Shown here: piece by piece, positions 8,619-17,835 of the stretch
Numbering within the stretch: the stretch's first letter is position 1
How the letters are laid out: the number at the start of each line of letters is the position of its first letter
Program-made: the position numbers and the translations under genes
Origin: an uncultured delta proteobacterium
GTDB taxonomy: Bacteria > Desulfobacterota > Syntrophia > Syntrophales > Smithellaceae
Direction of reading: 5' to 3'
Assembly: GCA_963812045.1 (NCBI GenBank)
Contig: CAWETF010000003.1
Span: forward strand, 348,881 to 412,880
DNA: 64,000 nt
Notes under the pieces: model-generated
Database searches by the model: none
Told to the model about the DNA's origin: nothing
What the model saw: only the letters and a program-made list of their open reading frames with translations

Positions 8619-9545
8619 TTAATCAAAAGGATTGGATTGGTCGAAATCCGGCGTCAGTTCGTAGTCGTTGACTTCCTGAACAAAAATATTATCAAAACCT
8701 AACTTCAGAGCGTAATCAGTGACCTGTTCATATTCGTGTTTGGTGATTCTGCGTTTTAGAATCGGATGATTGCGCACCTTGGCAACCGGCGTGTATTGGG
8801 ACATCAGGCTAAGTTGAACCGACGTGGATATTTTCTTTTTGATCAGCTTTAAGACGTCTTTGGAGTTTTCAATTCTGCCGGGTAAAACAAGATGGCGAAT
8901 AATTATTCCTTTTTGAGCGACGCCGTTTTTCAGTTCCAGACCGTCGCCGACCTGCTTTACCATTTCTTTGATCGAATCAATGGCAAAGCGGGGATATCCC
9001 GGCGCTGACGAAAAATCCACAGCATCTTTTTCCAAACCATATTTAAAATCCGGCAGATAAATATCCACCATGCCGTCGAACAATTTGATAACTTCCGGGT
9101 TCTCATATCCGCCGCAGTTGTAAACAAACGGCACCGTAAGCCCCTGCATGCGCGCCATGCACAGAGCCTCCATCACCAGAGGAGCCTGCGGCGTCGGGGT
9201 TACCGGTTCGACATTGTGACAGCCGCTTTTCTGGAGATCCAGCATGACCTTAGCCAGTTCCAACACCGTCAGATGGCGCCCTTGCGCGTTGTGGGAAATC
9301 TGATAGTTCTGGCAATAGATGCAGCCCAGGTTGCATGAAGAAAGAAAAATAGTGCCGGCACCGTTTTTGCCGGATAAAGGCGGTTCCTCGCCGTGATGGG
9401 CCAGAGCGCAATCCATGACGATATCGGCAGGCAGGCGGCAGTAGCCCAGTTTGCCCGCCGTTCGGTCAATATGACACTTACGCGGACAAAGCGTGCAATC
9501 TTTTAATATTTCTTTTAATCGTAAGACTTTTTCTTTTTGTTCCAT
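8619..9545 (-). CDS. radical SAM protein, PflX-like (pyruvate formate-lyase activase homologue)
   Basis: 308 aa. N-terminal CTLCPRKCHIDRTAGKLGYC and the radical SAM motif CNLGCIYCQN. Confidence 0.8.
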   Translation of the reverse strand: MEQKEKVLRLKEILKDCTLCPRKCHIDRTAGKLGYCRLPADIVMDCALAHHGEEPPLSGKNGAGTIFLSSCNLGCIYCQNYQISHNAQGRHLTVLELAKVMLDLQKSGCHNVEPVTPTPQAPLVMEALCMARMQGLTVPFVYNCGGYENPEVIKLFDGMVDIYLPDFKYGLEKDAVDFSSAPGYPRFAIDSIKEMVKQVGDGLELKNGVAQKGIIIRHLVLPGRIENSKDVLKLIKKKISTSVQLSLMSQYTPVAKVRNHPILKRRITKHEYEQVTDYALKLGFDNIFVQEVNDYELTPDFDQSNPFD

Positions 9546-9609
9546 GTTAAATCATCAGCTCAAGGTTTTAATAGAGACTGGCGAAATTATACCATTTTGC
9601 TATCAAATA

Positions 9610-9705
9610 TTGAACAGTAGTACGGGTCTTTAGACCCGTTGAACAGGCGAACCTCAAGGTTCGGACTACATTGTCTCCTGGATTCCCGCCTGCGCGGGAA
9701 TGACA
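9610..9705. repeat. three consecutive REP-like hairpins
   Basis: acgggtc-ttta-gacccgt (9622-9639), cgaacc-tcaa-ggttcg (9648-9663), attcccgc-ctgc-gcgggaat (9682-9701). TTGAACAG flanks the first unit. Lies between two minus-strand genes. Confidence 0.6.
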
Positions 9706-9720
9706 ATTTTGGCGGTGGTA

Positions 9721-10788
9721 TTAAAGCTTTTCCACTACGTCTCTAATCTTTCCGCTTCCCACCAGTTCCAGAAAATCTTCGCCCAGCGGCGCGGATAATT
9801 CCACGGCTTTGCGCCAGTTATTAATTCTTGTTTCTGGATCGTTGATGAATGTAACCAGATCGGTACGGTCGGGCACTTTCCCGCCCGGAAGACTTTCGAT
9901 AAAACTCTGCGACGGGAAAACCATTAAGACGTTGTTTAAGGCATAAGGTTCCGGCTCGCGGTTCTCTATTTTTTTATCCAGCCAGCCCGGAATAATTCGT
10001 TCCTGATGATGGAAGAAAAGTACGATTTCGTTTTCTTTTGCGGCAAACTGTTGCGTTAGATGATAATCAATAAGGCCTCCGTCACGATAGACGCCGCGCG
10101 GCGCGCCGTAAATATCATTCACGCCGTCAATAACAAGAGGAATGGCTCCCGAGGCCAGAATGGCGTATTTAAAATTAATCTCGTTTAGTTGTACATAAGT
10201 TCCGCGAAATCGCGATTTTAAACAAAATGCAGGCGGCTTGGAAGCATTATAAAAAACAACCCTGTCGGCGAATTTATAAATATTTTCGCGACTGAAATAA
10301 TTAAATACCAGACAGGTTATCAGCCCCAGTTTTTGTAATCCGGTGTTTTTAAAAGCGACAAGTCCGCGCGCCCGCGCGGTAATTACAACCAGACGGTATT
10401 TTTTGTTGGCCAGAGCAAACGGCAGGGCGTCGTCTTCCAGATAGGCATTGACAATATTGGTGATTTTCCCCAGTGATGTTGCCGGTGTATCGTCTTTCGT
10501 GTAGGTTACGTTGATATAAGCCTCCCGAAGTTTTTGATAGGATTCGACAGCTTCGGGCTGCAGCCAGGCGGCAAAACGAAACGCGCCCGCGGAAGAGCCT
10601 ACCAGTTGAACCGGTTTTGAACGGCCAAGATATCCTCCTTTCAGGAGGGTCAAATCAAATCCGCTGGCAATAAGCCACCGCGGCCCCACCGCCGGTCCGA
10701 AATAAGTTGACACGGAATCGAAGTTAAATCCGCCGTCTTTGATTATCTGGTAAATATTTTTACCGGCTTTAATTCGTATTCTGCTCAT
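9721..10788 (-). CDS. patatin-like phospholipase family protein
   Basis: 355 aa. GxSxG nucleophile elbow in LVGSSAGAF and the catalytic Asp motif YRDGGLIDY. Confidence 0.65.
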   Translation of the reverse strand: MSRIRIKAGKNIYQIIKDGGFNFDSVSTYFGPAVGPRWLIASGFDLTLLKGGYLGRSKPVQLVGSSAGAFRFAAWLQPEAVESYQKLREAYINVTYTKDDTPATSLGKITNIVNAYLEDDALPFALANKKYRLVVITARARGLVAFKNTGLQKLGLITCLVFNYFSRENIYKFADRVVFYNASKPPAFCLKSRFRGTYVQLNEINFKYAILASGAIPLVIDGVNDIYGAPRGVYRDGGLIDYHLTQQFAAKENEIVLFFHHQERIIPGWLDKKIENREPEPYALNNVLMVFPSQSFIESLPGGKVPDRTDLVTFINDPETRINNWRKAVELSAPLGEDFLELVGSGKIRDVVEKL

Positions 10789-10813
10789 GATATTTTATGC
10801 TTGGGCAAAGGCC

Positions 10814-10842
10814 TTGACACGTAAACTTTTGTTTTGTAGATT
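10814..10842 (+). promoter_or_regulatory. sigma70-type promoter upstream of proA
   Basis: TTGACA (10814-10819), 17-nt spacer, TAGATT (10837-10842). Confidence 0.4.
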
Positions 10843-10969
10843 GACATCGGTAATTCTTATTGCTAGAGCTGAAAATAATCAAGTTCTTCAGCTTTTTGTT
10901 ATCTTCTTAAGCGGGGCAGTTTTTATCAACAATTAGAGAAAATGCAAGTTTATTTTTAAGGATTGAATT

Positions 10970-12226
10970 GTGGATATAAAAAATTCTGTACAACAAATCG
11001 CCCGTGATGCGGTGCAGGCGTCGCGAAAACTTTCCCGTGTCACGGAGACGGAAAAAAACAAAGCTCTTCTGCGCATGGCTGATGAACTGGAACGAAACAG
11101 TAAATTTCTTCTCGAGGAAAACTCCAAGGATGTGGCTAAAGCGAAAAAATCCGGCATTGCCAAAGCCATGCTGGAACGTCTGACACTGAAGCAGTCTACA
11201 ATTGAACAGATGGCCAAAGGATTAAGAGAAGTGGCCGCGTTGCCTGATCCTGTCGGCAAGGTAATTTCCATGTGGCGCAGACCGAACGGCCTTCTGGTCG
11301 GTAAGATGCGCATTCCTTTGGGAGTCATCGGCATCATTTACGAATCGCGTCCCAACGTCACCGTTGACGCAGCTGGTTTGTGCCTCAAATCGGGCAATGC
11401 CGTAATTCTGCGGGGCGGTTCCGAATCGATCAAATCCAATCTGGCGATTGTTTCATTACTGCAGAAAGTATTGCGGGAAACATCAATACCCGCAGAAGCG
11501 ATTCAGGTCATTCCGATGACTGATCGCGAAGCTGTATCGGAGATGCTGCAACTGGATGAGTATATTGATTTAATTATTCCCCGCGGCGGCGAAGAATTAA
11601 TTCGCGCCGTAGTGGCCCAATCCAAAATACCGGTGATCAAACACTACAAAGGCGTTTGCCATGTTTTTGTGGACGCGCACGCCGATATTGATATGGCTGT
11701 CAATATTTGTCTGAACGCCAAGACTCAGCGTCCGGGCGTGTGCAATGCCCTGGAAACAATGCTGGTGCATGAAGATATCGCCGGTAAATTTCTGCCGCTG
11801 GCGGCGAATAAATTAAAGAAAGCCGGTGTCGTGATCAGGGGATGCGCCAAAACGAAGTCGATCCTGAAAAATATTGAAAAAGCCGATGAAAGTGACTGGT
11901 ACGCTGAATATCTGGATCTGATTCTGGCGGTAAAAGTTGTGGAGAATATGGATGAGGCTATCGCTCATATTGAAAAATACGGCTCTCTGCACACGGAATC
12001 GATAGTTACAAATGATTATGCCAATTCGCAACGCTTTTTGAACGAGGTCAATTCTTCGACCGTGTTGGTCAATGCTTCGACCCGTTTCAGCGATGGTTTT
12101 GAACTGGGACTGGGCGCTGAAATCGGCATTTCCACGACAAAGCTTCACGCTTTCGGCCCGATGGGGCTGGAAGAATTAACTACAACAAAATTTATAATTT
12201 ACGGTAACGGACAGGTGAGAACATGA
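10970..12226 (+). CDS. proA: glutamate-5-semialdehyde dehydrogenase (gamma-glutamyl phosphate reductase)
   Basis: 418 aa, GTG start. ProA hallmarks: [52 protein letters not shown]. Confidence 0.92.
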   Translation: MDIKNSVQQIARDAVQASRKLSRVTETEKNKALLRMADELERNSKFLLEENSKDVAKAKKSGIAKAMLERLTLKQSTIEQMAKGLREVAALPDPVGKVISMWRRPNGLLVGKMRIPLGVIGIIYESRPNVTVDAAGLCLKSGNAVILRGGSESIKSNLAIVSLLQKVLRETSIPAEAIQVIPMTDREAVSEMLQLDEYIDLIIPRGGEELIRAVVAQSKIPVIKHYKGVCHVFVDAHADIDMAVNICLNAKTQRPGVCNALETMLVHEDIAGKFLPLAANKLKKAGVVIRGCAKTKSILKNIEKADESDWYAEYLDLILAVKVVENMDEAIAHIEKYGSLHTESIVTNDYANSQRFLNEVNSSTVLVNASTRFSDGFELGLGAEIGISTTKLHAFGPMGLEELTTTKFIIYGNGQVRT

Positions 12227-12870
12227 GATGGGGACTTTTAGGCGGAACATTTGATCCGATTCATTACGGACATTTGCGGGGCGCGGAAGAAATGCTGGAA
12301 ATTTTCAATTTAAACCGCATTATTTTTGTTCCTTCGTCAAGGCCGCCGCATAAGCTGGAAGCCCAGATAACGTCTTTTAATCATCGCGAACAAATGATTC
12401 GTTTGGCAATTGAAGCCAACGTTAATTTCTCTTTTTCCGAAGTGGAGAAATTACGCGCCGGCAAATCTTATTCCGTGGAAACGGTTGAATACATTCTCAA
12501 TAAGTACATGGAAGATCTGGAACTGTACTTCATCGTCGGACAGGACGCTTTTCAGGCGGTCACTACCTGGAAAGACTGGGAGAGACTTCTGCTGTTGTGC
12601 AATTTTGCCGTAATGACCCGTCCCGGCTATGATGATATGAGGCTCACTGAAATCCTGCCGAAAGAATTTGCCGCGAAATTTACCTACGATAAAAAAATCG
12701 ACGGATTCACAGGACCGACGGGACATACCATTTATTTCCGCCATACAAGTTTTCTGGATATTTCATCATCTAATATGAGAGAAATGGTGAAAACAGGCAA
12801 ATCAATAAGATACCTCACGCCGGATAAAGTCCGCCAGTACATCACGAAAAATTCTTTATACAAAAAATAA
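12223..12870 (+). CDS. nadD: nicotinate-nucleotide adenylyltransferase
   Basis: 215 aa. [12 protein letters not shown] (HxGH) and the ISSSNMRE (ISST-like) motifs. 4-nt overlap with proA. Confidence 0.9.
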   Translation: MRWGLLGGTFDPIHYGHLRGAEEMLEIFNLNRIIFVPSSRPPHKLEAQITSFNHREQMIRLAIEANVNFSFSEVEKLRAGKSYSVETVEYILNKYMEDLELYFIVGQDAFQAVTTWKDWERLLLLCNFAVMTRPGYDDMRLTEILPKEFAAKFTYDKKIDGFTGPTGHTIYFRHTSFLDISSSNMREMVKTGKSIRYLTPDKVRQYITKNSLYKK

Positions 12871-12920
12871 CAGGAAAAAAATTAACAAACATTAAACGAA
12901 CAATTTTGAGGGAGAAGCAC

Positions 12921-13721
12921 ATGACTTATAAATTTATAGAACTGGAAATAAAAGATTATATCGCGACAGTGACCATGGCCAGAGAGAAAAGCCTCAACGC
13001 CCTGAGTCTGGAATTTGCCGCGGAGATCGCCGATGTTTTCAAATCGCTGGGCGCTATGAATGAGGTGAGGGCTGTTATCCTCAAGAGCAAGGCAAGAATT
13101 TTTTGCGCCGGTCTGGATTTGAAAGATGCCGCCGGAGGGTTTACCGGAACGCCCCGGGGACCATTTGATATGATCAAAAAGTCACAGCCTTTGTTTGATT
13201 GCTGTAATGCTATCGAGGAATGTCCCAAGCCGGTCATCGCGGCCGTACACGGTAAATGCATCGGCGGCGGACTTCATATTATATCGGCGTGTGATATTCG
13301 TCTCTGTACTGAAGACGCAAGTTTCTGTCTCAAAGAACCTAAAATCGGATTGTGTGCAGATATGGGGGCGCTACAGCGGCTGCCTTTGATAGTTGGACAG
13401 GGCTATGCCAGAGAGATAGCATTCACTGTGGCTGATTATTCCTCGCGGCAGGCCGAGAAAATGGGACTTGTCAACAATGTTTATGCTGATCAAAACGTTC
13501 TTTACGCGGCCGCCTTGCAACTGGCTGTGCAGATAACCGAGAATTCTCCCCTTGCTATTGAGTGCACAAAAGAAGTTCTCAATTTCAGCCGCCACACTTC
13601 CGTGAGCGAAGGAATGGCACTGGCCATCCAGAAGAATATGTTCCTGTTGACAACTAAGGATTTGCAGGAAGCCTTCATTGCTTTTATGGAAAAAAGAGCT
13701 CCGAATTTTAAGGGGGAATGA
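12921..13721 (+). CDS. enoyl-CoA hydratase/isomerase (crotonase) family protein
   Basis: GAGGGAG RBS before the ATG at 12921. FCAGLDLKD and PVIAAVHGKCIGGG are the oxyanion-hole motifs. Confidence 0.8.
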   Translation: MTYKFIELEIKDYIATVTMAREKSLNALSLEFAAEIADVFKSLGAMNEVRAVILKSKARIFCAGLDLKDAAGGFTGTPRGPFDMIKKSQPLFDCCNAIEECPKPVIAAVHGKCIGGGLHIISACDIRLCTEDASFCLKEPKIGLCADMGALQRLPLIVGQGYAREIAFTVADYSSRQAEKMGLVNNVYADQNVLYAAALQLAVQITENSPLAIECTKEVLNFSRHTSVSEGMALAIQKNMFLLTTKDLQEAFIAFMEKRAPNFKGE

Positions 13722-13739
13722 GCGCCAAGCCGGCATTCA

Positions 13740-13840
13740 TTCGGCTATCTTTGTTGGCATAGCAATAACGGGAGGTGGATATTGTAGGGACTGCTCCCCG
13801 ATCAGTCCGAATCGGCGCGTTTGGGAAACGCGCCCTACCA
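13740..13840. repeat. GC-rich REP-like element
   Basis: 9-bp stem ggcgcgttt-ggg-aaacgcgcc (13813-13833) nested in gtaggg...ccctac. Its left end (cattcggctatctttgttggcat) is an inverted copy of atgccaacaaagttagctgaagaatg at 14540. Confidence 0.5.
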
Positions 13841-13854
13841 CGCTATATTTTTTT

Positions 13855-14328
13855 ATGATGAATGAATTAATCATTGCCAAAGTCTCAAAAGAAGATTTGC
13901 CTGTTATTCTTGATATACAAAAGAAGGCATTTCTGGAAGTGGCCAGAACTTTTAATTTAAAATCCATGCCACAGATAGAACAAACACTGGAAAGCTTGAA
14001 TGATGAATTTATTAAGTGTACTATCTTGAAAGCTTCTATATCCAACACAATAGTTGGTTCAGTACGCGCTTATAATAACAACGATACCTGCTACATCAGC
14101 AAATTAATAGTTCTTCCTGAGAATCAAAATAAAGGAATCGGCAAGACTTTGATGAATGCAATCGAAAATCAATTTGTGAATGTCATAAAGAGATATGAAT
14201 TATTTACCGGCGTCCGTGATCCTCGGAATCTATACCTGTATGATCAATTGGGTTACAAATCTTTTAAAACAGAAAAATATAATAACTTAATATCCTATGT
14301 GTACATGGAAAAAATCATATACGCCTGA
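13855..14328 (+). CDS. GNAT family N-acetyltransferase
   Basis: Start moved to the ATG at 13855, because the track's N-terminal extension reads through the REP element. VLPENQNKGIGKTLM is the acetyl-CoA-binding Q/RxxGxG motif. Confidence 0.75.
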   Translation: MMNELIIAKVSKEDLPVILDIQKKAFLEVARTFNLKSMPQIEQTLESLNDEFIKCTILKASISNTIVGSVRAYNNNDTCYISKLIVLPENQNKGIGKTLMNAIENQFVNVIKRYELFTGVRDPRNLYLYDQLGYKSFKTEKYNNLISYVYMEKIIYA

Positions 14329-14352
14329 TAAACCTTGCGGTCCAAAAAATAA

Positions 14353-14390
14353 AAGAGGCACGTTCAACCAGAACGCGCCTCTTACTTTTT
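14353..14390 (+). terminator. Rho-independent terminator after the GNAT gene
   Basis: 13-bp stem with one mismatch (aagaggcacgttc / gaacgcgcctctt), 5-nt loop, followed by acTTTTTgg. Confidence 0.7.
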
Positions 14391-14464
14391 GGTTCTTTTC
14401 AGACTTTCCTGATTTTTAGAGACAGAAAGGTCTGGAGAAGTGTCTGTTTGTTATACCGAGTTGC

Positions 14465-14545
14465 ATTCAAAAGATAACGAGGCGGCAAGGAGGAGGCTCC
14501 GCAGGCGTATTTTACATACGTTGAGGAAGCCGACGACGATGCCAA
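14465..14545 (+). repeat. dispersed ~80-nt repeat, copy 1
   Basis: About 80% identical to the reverse complement of 47051-47130 (shared core ggcgtattwtacatacgttgaggamgccgacgac). Confidence 0.8.
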
Positions 14546-14574
14546 CAAAGTTAGCTGAAGAATGCGACCTGGTA

Positions 14575-16581
14575 TTAGTTAACGTACAAGCTTTCGATAT
14601 CATCTTTATATTTTTCCAAAACGATTCTGCGTTTCAGCTTCAAAGTCGGAGTCAATTCGCCTGACTCGACGCTGAAAGGTTTATCCAGTATTTTATAATA
14701 CTTGATCTGTTCGTAACGGGGCAGTGTTTCGTTGACCTCATCCACCTGCTTCTTGATTAAATCTTTAATTGCCTGATTTTCAACAAGGTCTTTGTCTGAA
14801 CATGCCGGAATGCCGTTGTGTTTGGAGAAACGGTGGAGTTCCTGGAAATCGGGAACGATAAGCGCGGCGATATACTTCCTGGCATCGCCAAGCAGGCAAA
14901 CCTGATCTATATAAGGCTTGGCTGTTACGGCGAGTTCAATGGGATGCGGGGCTATATTCTTGCCGCCGGAAGAAACAAAAAGTTCTTTTTTACGGTCGGT
15001 AATCCGCAGAAATCCATCTTTATCAAATTCACCAATGTCTCCTGTTTTGAACCATCCGTCTTCAGTAAATGCATCAGCCGTAGCTTCCGGCAAATTCCAG
15101 TATCCTTTGAATACCTGCGGACCCTTAACCAGAATTTCGCCGTCTTCGGCGATTTTTTCCTCTGTCCATAAAGCCGGTTTGCCGACTGTGCCCGGCTTTA
15201 TCATCAGTTTATGAGCAACGGTATTATAAGCCAGAGAAAGACTGAGCGATCGTATCGGATTGGTGTAAGGCGATAAACCCTTTGCCTGTTTGGTAACCAT
15301 CAAATCAACCGTCAGGTCAATCATCTTGTTGCCGAACCATCCGGCTTTACTCGGGTCGAAGTTGTAAAACTCAGGTTCATTAAAGTTAATTACCGGCGAT
15401 GTCTCTGTCAGCCCGTATCCTTCACTGAGTTGAATACCCAGTGAGCGGATAAATACGCAGACATCTTTGGAGAGTTTGCCGCCGCCCGATATGCCAAGTA
15501 CGACGTGGTCCAGACCTGCTGTCTTTTTAATATTATTAAAAACAATCATGTTTGCCGCCGCGAATTGAAGCAAATCAATCTGCCCCATTCTTGTTGCGGT
15601 TGCCATGGCATCGGAGTATTTTTCACCAAGCCTGATTGCCCACGCGAAAATGGATTGAGCGGTTTTGTTTTGCCGGGAGACGATGGATTTGGTGGTGTCA
15701 TAAATTTTTTCCCATAATCGGGGGATGCTGACTACTACATTGGGCCTGATTTCCTGAAGATTTTTCGGTATTTTTTCGAAACTTTCGGCAAAAACCAGAA
15801 TGCCGCCCTGTTGAAGAGCACCTACATGGTAATCGCTTGTCCTGCCGAAAACATGACACATGGGCAGATGAACAAGGAATATCAGATGAAGTCCCAGTTC
15901 CCGCTGACAACGCACTAATGTGGAATTGGAAGCCTGATGAAGATTGGACACCCAGTTTTTCTGGGTAAGAATGGCGCCTTTTTGTTTTCCCGTGGTTCCT
16001 GATGTGTATATTATGGAAGCGACATCATCGGGAGTTACAGCGTTTATTTTGTTTTCTACTTCCTGATCGCTTACCTTTTGTTTGCCCAGGGCTGTTACAT
16101 CATCAAAAGTATAAACGCCTTGAGGTTTCGCGCCATCCCAGGAGCACATCACTATTATGCTTTCTATGGGAACGCCCTGCGCTTTTGCCTTGATGGCCAT
16201 TTCTCCTCTGTCCTGAGTAGAAGCTATGACGATCTTTGCTCCGCTGTCCGCTGTCATATACTTCAATTCTTCAAGCGTTAATGTGGGATAAAGAGGAACG
16301 CCGATTGCTCCGCAGGCCTGAATGGCTTGATCGGCGATAATCCATCTCGGTCTGCTTTCGGAAAAAACGACGATTCTGTCGCCCTTATTTAAGCCTAAGA
16401 CCATTAACCCTTTGGCAAGATTTATAGCTTCGTCACGGGTTTCTTTCCATGTTCGCGAATACCACTGGCTGCCGGGGTTGCCGTCCCTGTCGAACTTAGC
16501 CCGGAGAAGTTCAACCTGGTCTCCATAACGTAGAGCCTGATTGTGAAATATTCCGCATAAAGTATCCATCCTGTAAGCCAT
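14575..16581 (-). CDS. long-chain-fatty-acid--CoA ligase (AMP-forming acyl-CoA synthetase)
   Basis: 668 aa. AMP-binding signature IIYTSGTTGKQKGA, plus GYGLTETS and TGDIGEFDKDGFLRITDRKKE. Confidence 0.85.
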   Translation of the reverse strand: MAYRMDTLCGIFHNQALRYGDQVELLRAKFDRDGNPGSQWYSRTWKETRDEAINLAKGLMVLGLNKGDRIVVFSESRPRWIIADQAIQACGAIGVPLYPTLTLEELKYMTADSGAKIVIASTQDRGEMAIKAKAQGVPIESIIVMCSWDGAKPQGVYTFDDVTALGKQKVSDQEVENKINAVTPDDVASIIYTSGTTGKQKGAILTQKNWVSNLHQASNSTLVRCQRELGLHLIFLVHLPMCHVFGRTSDYHVGALQQGGILVFAESFEKIPKNLQEIRPNVVVSIPRLWEKIYDTTKSIVSRQNKTAQSIFAWAIRLGEKYSDAMATATRMGQIDLLQFAAANMIVFNNIKKTAGLDHVVLGISGGGKLSKDVCVFIRSLGIQLSEGYGLTETSPVINFNEPEFYNFDPSKAGWFGNKMIDLTVDLMVTKQAKGLSPYTNPIRSLSLSLAYNTVAHKLMIKPGTVGKPALWTEEKIAEDGEILVKGPQVFKGYWNLPEATADAFTEDGWFKTGDIGEFDKDGFLRITDRKKELFVSSGGKNIAPHPIELAVTAKPYIDQVCLLGDARKYIAALIVPDFQELHRFSKHNGIPACSDKDLVENQAIKDLIKKQVDEVNETLPRYEQIKYYKILDKPFSVESGELTPTLKLKRRIVLEKYKDDIESLYVN

Positions 16582-16720
16582 TATTCCGTTATTCCTCCTT
16601 AAATGATTTTGTCAGCTGTAGTCAGCCCATAAAGCAAGAGTTGCTTTATTCTTTTAATTTACTTTTTCAAACGCATTGTCATATGCTTTTCTTCCTAAAA
16701 AAATCAAGTTCAAAATTTAC

Positions 16721-17701
16721 CTAGTGGTCAAATAATTTCGGTTCACCAGTATTTTTCTTGTAAAGAAAACGTTCCAGGAAGCGATTGTAGGTTGTCCAAT
16801 CAGAATCAGGATTAGTAGAATCAGTGATAAATGTTTTAAAAGCGTTAAACTTGGCATCGAGGTCGTCAATGTAATGGACAACCAAAGCTTCCAGAGTTTT
16901 CGGACGCTTGGGAGAACCGAATTCGAACTCTCCGTGATGACTTAAAATAATATGCCTCAGTTCCAGAGCCAATTGCGGGGGGAAATCATCAATAGCAGCA
17001 ATTTTTTTATTGATCATTTCCACACCCATGACAATGTGACCGATTAATCTTCCTTCATCGCTGTAATCAATGATATTATTATAAGAGAATTCATAAATTT
17101 TGCCGATATCATGAAGAATCCCCCCGGTAATAAGCATGTCTTTGTTGAGGTCGGGATAATGGTCAGATACTTTTTCCAATAAGCGCACAACCGAGAGTGT
17201 ATGTTCTAAAAGACCGCCCAGATAAATATGATGAAACCCTTTGGCCGCGGGAGCTCTCTGGAAAAGCTCAGCGGTTTTTTGATCATGGAAAAACGCTTGC
17301 AGCAACGCTTGCAGAGGTTTTGTCTGAATATTTTCAACATAGGTAAGAATTTCATTAAACATGACGACAACGTCGCCTTGGGCTGCGGGTAAATAGTCGG
17401 CAGGGTCGACATCTTCCCATGGAATTTTGTTAATATCCGTGATTGATATCTGGACGGAGTTGCGGTAACTGGCGGCTTTTCCTTCAATGGAAATTAGATC
17501 GCCTTTCTTAAACCGGCGATCAAATTCCACGGCGTTATCCCAGACTTTACTTTCAATTTCTCCGGTTTTATCTCGTAACCGCACGGTCAAATAAGGGAAA
17601 CCTTTTTGAGAAAAGGCCATATTTTTTTCCGTGACGAGAAAAGAAGAAATAACCTTGTCGCCTTGTTTGATATCCTTGAGATAAATTTCTTTCGTCTTCA
17701 A
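16721..17701 (-). CDS. HD-domain 3'-5' exoribonuclease, YhaM-like (OB fold + HD)
   Basis: 326 aa. N-terminal OB fold (LTVRLRDKTGEIESKVWD), then HD domain (HHIYLGGLLEHT..., GGILHDIGK, HIILSHHG). Confidence 0.7.
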   Translation of the reverse strand: MKTKEIYLKDIKQGDKVISSFLVTEKNMAFSQKGFPYLTVRLRDKTGEIESKVWDNAVEFDRRFKKGDLISIEGKAASYRNSVQISITDINKIPWEDVDPADYLPAAQGDVVVMFNEILTYVENIQTKPLQALLQAFFHDQKTAELFQRAPAAKGFHHIYLGGLLEHTLSVVRLLEKVSDHYPDLNKDMLITGGILHDIGKIYEFSYNNIIDYSDEGRLIGHIVMGVEMINKKIAAIDDFPPQLALELRHIILSHHGEFEFGSPKRPKTLEALVVHYIDDLDAKFNAFKTFITDSTNPDSDWTTYNRFLERFLYKKNTGEPKLFDH

Positions 17702-17835
17702 ATTATTATCCGCCTTTCATGAAAATAAATGTTCATCCTGCCGTTACGCACATAACCTATTAGCATAATATTTGCCTTGCGCAATAACTCCATGAGCAAA
17801 TATTTTTATTGTTTTTATAATTTTATCGAAATTAA

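Noticed and set aside
10867-10898. Hairpin plus T-run (agctgaa...ttcagcTTTTTg) in the proA leader as a possible attenuator
   Set aside because: The stem is only 7 bp with a 13-nt loop. There is no leader peptide or alternative antiterminator pairing. It may simply terminate divergent or read-through transcription.
13678-13854. Long N-terminal extension of the GNAT ORF overlapping the enoyl-CoA hydratase gene end
   Set aside because: The extension translates a GC-rich REP-like element and overlaps the upstream gene. The GNAT domain begins at the ATG at 13855.
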